Below, in pieces: positions 54,611 to 64,000 of a DNA stretch of 64,000 nt. The stretch spans positions 2,145,745 to 2,209,744 of the forward strand of contig CM082591.2 of NCBI GenBank assembly GCA_040954595.2, given 5' to 3'. The notes beneath the pieces were generated by a model. That model was not told the origin of the DNA. It saw only the letters and a list, made by a program, of their open reading frames with translations, and ran no database searches. Each line of letters begins with the position of its first letter. Position 1 is the stretch's first letter. Made by a program: the position numbers and the translations under genes. The stretch is from Balanoglossus misakiensis. Its lineage: Eukaryota > Animalia > Hemichordata.

Positions 54611-55818
54611 ATGCCACGTTGGGGAGGCGGTGTTTCCTGTGGGCGATGCGGCAAGTCTGTCTATCAGGCAGAGGAGGTCACTGGAGCCGGGCAAAAATGG
54701 CACAAGATGTGTTTCAGTTGTGGTAAGTGCTCATCTGCTCATGTGCCAAACCAGAGATTCTGGTTACAAGAATTATACAGTCAATATGCCATAAGGCAGT
54801 GTGCTGTCCTAACAACAGACAAGATGGCGGTGACCATAGTCTGTATCAGAGATGGGAAAGACAGCACATTGGGTGAAAAGAAGGAAAAAAACTAACACAG
54901 GCTTTCTCTTTTCACTTTCTTCAAAGGTGACTGCAAAAAGCTGCTGGACTCCACCACTGTAGCCAGCCACAACAATGACATTTACTGCAAATCTTGCTAC
55001 GGCCGGAATTACGGACCCAAAGGTTACGGCTATGGGGGTGGGGCTGGTGTATTGAGTATGGACGGTGGATCGAAAGCTGCCCCACAGGGTCAGAGGTAAG
55101 ATGATGACCCCTCAGTTCCCTCTAAAGAGGTCCAACATTACCATAGAAAATTATTTCTTACTTGTCTAAGGACACATCTCTATTGAGGACATATTTAAGA
55201 AAGGTTTCACATGTGATCACTAATAAGTAATTCACTGACTATATACACTGATGTGATCTGATATTACAGCTGGACTCCAAGTGGTGGTGGAGGTAGCAGT
55301 GGTGCGGCCAGTAAATTTGGATCTTCGGGCGACAAGTGTCCACGATGCGGTAAAACTGTTTACATGGCTGAGAAAGTAGTCGGTGCAGGCTCTGTGAGTA
55401 TATCAATCAATTCACTTTAATCACAGGCAGTGGTTTTCTATATTACCCCTAGCTTGCTTCAAAGCTATTTCTTACAAACCTGACCCCAGTTCTTCTAAAT
55501 CTATCATTTGTCCAGTCTCAGCGTATATAACATCTGTTCTTTTCTTTTTACAGTCTTGGCATAAGACCTGTTTCACCTGTGCATCGTGCAACAAATCGCT
55601 TGACTCCACGACCTGCAATGACAAAGAAGGCGAAGTATTTTGCAAAGGTAATTTCATTGATTTAAATAAACATACATCAACAGTTCCCATTTTTGTGATT
55701 GATTTAATACCGATAAACGTTTCATTTTGTTTCCTTCACAGCTTGCTATGGCAAACACTTTGGGCCGAAAGGAGTTGGATACGGTGTTGGTGCTGGCGCC
55801 TTGTCACATGCACAGTAA
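54611..55818 (+). CDS. CSRP: Cysteine- and glycine-rich protein (CSRP/muscle LIM protein family), two LIM domains; exons 54611-54722, 54927-55095, 55270-55393, 55554-55647, 55742-55818
   Basis: [71 protein letters not shown]; second [40 protein letters not shown]. Confidence 0.95.
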
Positions 55819-56398
55819 CCAAGGTCATGTGACAACCATGTGACTGTCACATGATGCAAAATGGAGGATGAAGAGCACAAGATTCAAAAGGAGATGAGAG
55901 AAGTGCGGTGCTGGTTAGATGCCAGTTATATCAAGTCAAAGTCTTCCATGGATCTGATCAACTCTCAGATATAGATTTTCTGTCATTCCGTATTTTAATA
56001 ATTCTTTTGAAAATTCTACTTACATATACATGTAGTTATTACAAAAGTTAAAGATTAAGTGTACAATTGATAAGACATTCACCTAGTATATGTAAGTGAT
56101 GGACAGTTTTGCAACTGATATTCAAATCTTTCAGACACAGGGAAGTATTATCACGTTATGCTTGAAATGCTGCTTTGATAGAAGTTTGTCATTACCAGTA
56201 GACATGCAGTTTAATTAAGCAAGTTCAGAGGTTGCATTATCACAACTCAAGGATTTAGAAAGACATGGTATTCAGTTAGGATCAGCTTTGATGAAAATAA
56301 TGTTACATAGTATCGATTTGGTATATCTCATCTTAGTAGCGCACATAATGTAATGCATTGAAAGTAGAATCACATCTCATGTCATATTTTAATTTTAA

Positions 56399-56483
56399 CC
56401 CTTTCACCACCATGGTTTGGTCTGCCTCCATTGTTCTCAATGGCAATGGTGGACATCTCTACTGGGAAATGGGGGTGAAAGGG
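56399..56483. mobile_element. piggyBac-type MITE, diverged inverted copy of 8349-8433, in the likely CSRP 3' UTR
   Basis: ttaa|CCCTTTCACCACCATGGT...GGGGTGAAAGGG. Confidence 0.65.
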
Positions 56484-56830
56484 TACCATGATGATTCTCT
56501 TCTCTACATTCCTAATGTTAACTATCATTCTGTGTAAAGTTTCATTTTCAGACTGATCAAGAAATTATTTTTGTATCTTTTGTTGGTTTTATAGAGGCTA
56601 TAATGGAATTTCTCTTAATAAACTAGTAGCTGGGGGCTACGTGGTATAAATAAAGCTATATTTTGTCTTTTCCATACACTTCTGTTTCTGCTGTCGTCTT
56701 CTAACTCATTTCAGAAAAATGATTCTTTCGTTTTTATGCAAAGAACGTCTTCTCCTAGCTAGGAGGTCTGACTTTAATAATTTTTACGAGCATAGAGGTA
56801 CTTTACCCACAATGCAAATCGACTGTCATC

Positions 56831-59800
56831 ATGGCGGACACAGAAGAAGTTAGCTGCAAACACACAATTCTCCCCGGCCCGGTAAGTTTCCGCGAATATT
56901 GACCTTTGAAATTAGGGTCGGTGCTCGCCTGTTTATCTTTAATGCAGGTTGCCACGCAACTGAAATATTTGCAGTCGCCAGCATGATCGGTACTCTAAAC
57001 TTAATGCTCATTACATAGCCACTAATATCAGATTCAAAAGTGAAATTTGTCATTTTGATATCCTACTGAGATAGTGAAAATGTTTTCGGATAGGCGAGGC
57101 AAGTCGTGGATTTGATTCCCCAAATCTGTCTGTCTCACTCACATGATGTACTCAATACCCCAAGAACATTTCTATGCCGAGAATCATGACATATATGGTG
57201 TCACGCCTAAATTATCACCATGGCTATGAGTATTAATACCAACCTAGTTTCCATTGCTAAAAATGTGTGAATGGTTGGATCATGGTGGTGGTGGTATATA
57301 CATGTACACATTAGAAGCCGGCAGTGCAGGCCAAAGCTTGTAATGTATGTTTTGGTGTGTATAGAAAGTGGCAAATATGGTGTAAAAATGGCCCAATTGT
57401 ATTTTTGTGGTGGTGCATATAAAAATCAGAATTGTGCTAATCTACACTCAGTGTCAATCAATATTCGGTATGCAAATTGCCTTTGTCATTGTGGCAATAA
57501 ATTAAGGCGAATTTTATTCAGTTTCACTTCTGTATACATACATACAAACACTAACAGACAGACAGACATGATTATATTTTCATAACTCATGAAAATATAA
57601 TCACGAGTTACACTTATTGTCACAAAGTTTATATTATAATATCACAACCATAAATATAATTGTATATGAGTACATACCTTGGTTGGTTCAGTCTGTCACT
57701 GATTAGACTTGTAGTTGTACGCGTATGTGGTAACGTATAGCTGCCAACAGGCATTGTCTTTACCAGTACATCATTACACATGTATTGTGTGCTGTTGACC
57801 TGACTGTGTTGTGTCAATGACAGACAGTGAGTCAATCAGTACAATAAATAACAGAGGGCCACTCACCTATGTTGACATTTGGGTGTTGACTTATGTAAAT
57901 TGGTTGCCACAGCAACAACTGAGTAAACAGGCTTAGCAATGGGGCTGTTGTGTATCTCAATCTGATGCATGCTTTTGTGTGTGAGAGTTCAAAGGTCGAC
58001 CTTTTCAGGCTTGTGCTTGAGGTGGACGATCACATGGCCGTGTGTTGTGGTGCGAACGGACCCAGCCTCGTTAAACGAAAACTGACCCGAGACTAGAATA
58101 TAGCTGTGAGATGGCTGATGTCCCCATTCAGATGGTGGTCTTGGGGTCTGATGACGATGGAAGTGAAGTCGATCTAGAACAGTTAATGGTACGATCTTTT
58201 CACATGGTGTTGTATCATATTGTACTACCGGCACAGTGCGTGAATGTGTACAATAGCTACAAATATAGTTTGCTCAATACCAGTAGTGCTGAATGGGTAG
58301 TATTTTTGTCTGATCTTGTAATCCTCATCGTGAATAAGAGATGCTTGGTGCCGAATATTGTGTTCCTCAGAGGAGCATGTTGTTAGTCTAGAAATCATGC
58401 AGATTTTATTGGGCACTTCTGTGTACTAAGGTCTATATAGGTACAGAGTACACCAACACAAAAACACCATTAATGTCATCAACAGCTGTTACACACAATG
58501 CAAATCAGTTTTTGTGTTGCACAGCTTCTGTTCAGAAATACAAACCAGAAAAATATTGCTGAATTGTTCACAGTATAATATGGGGCAAAACTGTCATCGT
58601 ATATAAAGATATGTGTTGACATTTGACCTTAGGTCAGTGATCCCGGCTTGTTACACATTCATATGCAAATCATTATGAAAAGGTATTTGCCAGCATTGTA
58701 GTTATTCAGATGCTGTTAGTGTTAAGATTTATTTTGTCATTTGACAATATAAAAATTCTATGATTGTCACTCACATGGAACATGTGTATACCTACACTGA
58801 TGGCCATTAATACAAGTTTGATTGTACTAATATAAGCATACATTTCTTCCCATTCAGGGACATGTCCACAAACCCTACCCAGTACAACAGAACTATGACC
58901 CAACCCTACCCTACCCCAAAGCTGTGGCACCACCCAACGCAGCTGACATCAACAGCTTCCTGGCCCAGCAGCAGCCACCGGCCTCAAAGCAACAGGAAGA
59001 TTACAGTTCCTGGGATATCGTGAAGGCGACGCAGTATGGAATAGTGGAGCGCGTCAAGGAGCTTGTGGATGATGGTTATGACATCAGGCAACCGGATCAT
59101 GAGAATGTCACGTTGCTGCATTGGGCTGCAATTAACAATAGAATAGATCTGGTCAAGTAAGTGCAACTCTTTCAATCTTGTATATGGAAGCCCCAATGTT
59201 GTGGAGATTCTAACAGTACACCAATGTGTGTATGGTAGCTGTGCACTCTTCTAATGGCCAGTTGAATAAACCGGTGTGGCACCCGTTTATTACTTAATTT
59301 TTATGATTGGTTTGCTTCCTTGCAGATACTTGTTAAACAAAGGTGCAATAATTGACAGACTCGGAGGCGAGTTGAATTCCACACCGCTACACTGGGCCAC
59401 CAGACAGGGTCATCTGCCGATGGTAATCTTACTCATGCAATACGGAGCTGATCCGTCTCTCTTGGACGGAGAAGGTTGTGCGTGTGTGCATCTAGCCAGC
59501 CAGTTTGGTCATACGGCTATCTTGGCATATCTCATAGCTAAGGGAGAGGTGAGTTTCGCAAGTCAGTTTGGTATTGTGGCTATCTTGGTTTATCTCATAG
59601 CTAACTTGCAGGACAATAGTACTTGCATAGGTACTGTAACAAAGTGGCCATTACATAGAGGTGACTGTAGTTTGCAATTTGCTATATTTATGTTTTTTTA
59701 TCAAATGCAGGACCCAGATTTAATGGATCAGAACGGGATGACGCCATTGATGTGGTCGTGCTACAGAATGTTTTCGTAAGTGTCACACAATACATCATTG

Positions 59801-62703
59801 CTGTGTGCGAGATTTCTTCAAATGAATAAGAACTCTTATGCCTGGTCACTTTGCATGTTTTACTCCCTTGTAACTTTGATTTCCGACTTGATTTTTGTCA
59901 GAGTGGACCCAGCACGTTTACTGCTGACAATGGGTGCCAGTATCAACCTTCAGGACAGAGTACATCAGAACACAGCATTGCACTGGGCCATCATGTCGGG
60001 AAACTCAAGTGTCTTTTACCTTTTACTCAACTCTGGGAGTGACACCGATGTAGAGAATGGCAAGGTGAGTGTGATACATGAACATACAATCTTTCACTCA
60101 GGTTTGGAATAACCTTCTAGGCCGCCATGTTGTTTCAGAAACGTGGTTATCAGAATGTGACTTTATTATTTTTGTATGACAGGGAGAAAGTGTATTTAAG
60201 CTGGCGATTGCTAAAAAGAACCTGTACGCAGTGAAGAAAATCCAAGAACACAGAGGAATGTCTGGGTTCAAGAATGTTGGGTTTCTGAACAGGCTTGCAA
60301 TGAATAAGGTAAGCCAGCTGTAGTGAATTGTACCCTCTGGCGGCGTTTGAGTAAATTGTTGTACCGTCACATATATATGGCGCCCTCTGTGTCAGTAAAT
60401 GTGAATTGCTCCAGTGGGGTCAAATGTCATGAAGCTGGCTTGAGTTCCCAAATTGTATAGAGACGCTTTGTGAAAATATAGTAAATGTCAATACCACTGA
60501 AGTTGTCGTTCGTTTCTTCCAGATGTATCGCACCAGGGTGATGTATACAATTCCATTTTTTGTATTCTTCTTCATTGGATTTATCCCGGAATTAGAGCTC
60601 TCATATTCGATCAAAGCATTGCTACTTGGTGTTATGTACATGTTTTTCTGGTTTGTGTCAAAGTGAGTATTTTTTAAAATCTTTTTCAATCAAACTTTTA
60701 CTGACCTCTATAGTAGTTTGCCATATTGATTTAAAGAAGTTAATGATAGTTGAGAAGTTTCTGATGTTTTTTTTAACACACTCCGTACAATGTGGTGACC
60801 ATTTGAATTGTGTTTTCATTCACAGGGTATTTTTCGATGATCGCTATGGCAACGTCATACCAGTGTCTGTTTACTTGGCAACCAAAGCGCTGATGTACTC
60901 CTCATGGTTTCTGTTCTACTGGCCTTATATCCTTTTCTCAAAAACACATAAATACATTTTATTCATTCATTATATATGGCAAAAATCAGCCATGTTGAAA
61001 TTGTGTCAACCATATGAGATTTTCATCACTCACCTAGGTAGCCCAAACCTATTTAAGGTAGTGAGAATTACCTGTACTCGACGTATTCCTTAACTCCACT
61101 GTACATGTGAACACTATGTCAATTCACATACCGTTCTTCATCAACACAGCATTGTTAACGTATAACTTCGTCAAAGCATGGAAATCGGACCCGGGTGTTA
61201 TTTCAACATCACAAGAACAAAAGAAAAGGGTGAGTTTGACATGACCTATGACACTTGACCCCATCCCGACCCCCCATACACATATTAGTCAATGTCAGGA
61301 AGCTTGATGTTTGTGTGGTTGGTTTTTTTTGGCAGACAATCATTCAGCTGGCAGAAATGGGCAAACTCAGCATAGAGATCTTCTGTACAACCTGTCTGAT
61401 CAGAAAGCCAGTACGATCGAAACACTGCTCGTACTGTGACAAGTGCATCGCGAAGTTCGATCATCACTGTCCATGGATTGATAACTGTGTCGGTAAGTAA
61501 TGCAGGTGCAACAATAGTAACCTATTATTAAACCAATCAATCATATTGTTATGCAAATATAACAATCTATTTTATTATAAAAGTTAGCTGATATATTGTT
61601 GTTGTTTTTTCGTCTTTACAGGCAGTGGAAATCACCGCTATTTTATTGGTTATTTATTTTTCTTGGAGTTAATGTTATTCTGGTGCCTATACGGTACATT
61701 GAAATGTAAGTACATTTATATATCAGTTCGTTTTACATAGCAGAAAACTGCCATCTTGGCATTTTGTCAACCTCGCTTTTTATTGCTCACCTAGGTGGCA
61801 AAATCTATTTAAGGTTGTGAGAATTGTCTTTTCGTTATTTTTCAGACTGGGATGCGACTTGTGAGACTAACTTTGAAAAGGATGGTATCTGGCTGTTTAT
61901 ATGGCAACTGATGAAATGTTCACCCTGGGTATTCTGGACATTTTGTAATGCGGTCGTCCACGTCATATGGGTCGGATTACTGTGGCTGTGTCAAATGTAC
62001 CAGGTAGGTCAGCTGATTGTCATGTGATCAGAGTGTGTGTCACCTGACACTTGTGATCATGATGTCCACAAGGTGATGTGAAGTGCCATCTGACTGTCGT
62101 GTGATCATACTTCATGTCAGCTGATAGTCATGTGATCAAGGTATGGAGTCTTATCAAATCATTTGGAACAAGAAACTTTAATACAGTGAAAAATAACTAC
62201 TGAGTGACTTGAAGCAGTGTTGAAATTACATCTTCTTTATTTCTTTTTCTAGATTGTTGTTCTTGCAATGTCGACAAATGAACGTATGAATCAGAACCGA
62301 TACAAACACTTCAAGGGAACGAGAGGAGCGATCATAAGTCCTTTCAAGTAAGTCCATATACATATAAGATTCATTGTTGATGTCCATTAAAAATTGAAAC
62401 CAGTTTTTCTGTTTGAAATGGAGTCGGTGTCTTGTGAAATGTTTTGGAATGATCAACATTAGTTAGCGTCTACATGTATGGCAGCTTCATGAATGTTGAA
62501 GGTGTAGTTCTTTTAACATTGAGGAATAGCACCAACTGTATCTTCTTTTTTGCCTTTTCAGTCGTGGTGTCTTGCGTAATCTACTGGACTTCTTTGAGTG
62601 GACGTTGTGTGGTTTGTACAGACCTCGAGTTATAGACTGGAAAAACAACTTCGATTTCGACGTCCAGCCAGACCAGCCATGCTGTAATGAACACCATGTC
62701 TAG
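56831..62703 (+). CDS. ZDHHC17: Ankyrin-repeat DHHC palmitoyltransferase (HIP14; ZDHHC17/13 orthologue), multi-exon
   Basis: [14 protein letters not shown], ankyrin repeats ([30 protein letters not shown]), [59 protein letters not shown]; first exon 56831-56881, stop TAG 62701-62703. Confidence 0.95.
58111..58188 (+). CDS. ZDHHC17: Candidate alternative first coding exon of ZDHHC17 ([26 protein letters not shown])
   Basis: gagATGG start, ends ATG|gtacga in phase 0, same phase as the acceptor at 58858. Confidence 0.5.
60927..61104 (+). other. U12-type AT-AC intron in ZDHHC17
   Basis: 5' site ATATCCTTTT, branch site TTCCTTAAC at 61086-61094, 3' end AC; removal restores [18 protein letters not shown]...WKSDPG. 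Confidence 0.93.
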
Positions 62704-64000
62704 ACGAATACTCTGTGTATTCAAGTGTAAATTGGCAATGTTTTAAGATCAACAGTTTAACTAAACGCTGTCGTAGTAATATTATGTCATGTTTTATGCA
62801 TATGCTTGTAAACTTGCTGGAAATGTATTTATTAATGCAGAATGACCTTAAATCGGTCTTCCAGTGTGTCCAACTTCCAGTATACATAGTCCATTGGAAA
62901 CAGTATAAATGTTACCTCATCTTTTTTATTTAACTGGAAACCTGAGTTTGATATTCTATTTGGCATGTATGAACGTGCCAAAGCCGATTTAAAGATTTAC
63001 ACTCAAATATGCTGATTTTTTTTACCCAAGAGATCTGCTTGTAATCTCAAAACTATTATTCAGAGATTGTGAGATAATGAACCAACCGGATTTCAGTTTC
63101 CTGAAAAATAATATGAAATTAATGTAATGTGATGTTATGTGATGTGACTTGATATATGATTTGTTGTGAATTGTTGGTCTTGGTACATAAGGTGTTGCCG
63201 TGTACAAATTTATCATGTTGGCTGATTCAACCAGAGTTTACAGAATTTTCCCTTCCAACTAGACATAGACATGTGCATGTGATGGCAGTTTTGCCATATA
63301 TTTATTTTAAAGAAGGCACATTCCCTGACGCTATGTAATATGACAGTATCTCCGTAACTATTGTTAGAAACCCTACATTTTTACCCTTCATAAAAATTTT
63401 GTTTGATATAAAAATGTGAAAAAGTTTACTCCAATCTTGATTCACAAGTTTTACCTTCTGAGTTTGTTACACAGGAACAGAGATGGGTTGGGGGAAATGG
63501 GATGTTGTTGTTTACATTTGTTTATTTTTTCTCAGTCTGGAGTTAAGGTATCAGCCTCCACTAAGAGAACTTTCATTTTATGTATTTGTAACACCAACTT
63601 TTAAACTTTTTTTAACTTTTGTCTTTAAACCATTACTTTCACCAAGTAGTACTATGACAGATCTGAACAATTCATACTTTTAAACTATATTATTGCATCA
63701 ACTTTAGACATAAAATTAGACTTAATTTTTTTCTTTTGTTGCATGTATCATTTGATCATTAATTTGGAAATTTGCAACATTGGATTCACGTTGCAATTTT
63801 GTGAATAACACTTCAGTAATTAAGCGTATTGCAAAACATTGTTTTTGTACTGTTTTTATATTTCTGATTATTGCAATAAATGTATGCTGTGGCTCTTTTC
63901 ATACTCTAGAATCTCAGATTTTTTATTTATAATTTCTTTTGATTTGCAAAAAGACATTCCCTGCCCCATTAGAAGCCCCCCTCCCCATAGAATGGTTTTG

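Overview
Intron-rich eukaryotic DNA, most likely from a marine invertebrate deuterostome (inferred from gene content). Left to right: (1) 5' part of MOB2 on the minus strand, with a canonical MDWLMG first exon and three further candidate alternative first exons. (2) A 4.0-kb foldback DNA transposon (10722-14759) with TAT...ATA ends, a 6-bp TSD, ~1.1-1.2-kb inverted arms containing 63-bp tandem arrays and a broken SAM-domain ORF, and nested MITEs inside. (3) Four dispanin (CD225/IFITM/PRRT-type) genes. (4) An SDR dehydrogenase. (5) An SLC16/MCT-family transporter with a ~240-aa Gly/Pro/Met/Gln repeat in its central loop. (6) Five tandem apextrin-like MACPF+ApeC genes. (7) A CSRP LIM gene. (8) ZDHHC17/13 with an AT-AC minor intron. 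The MOB2-dispanin and CSRP-ZDHHC linkages recall human 11p15/12q21. Exon models were assembled by eye from splice signals and reading frames; no database searches were run.
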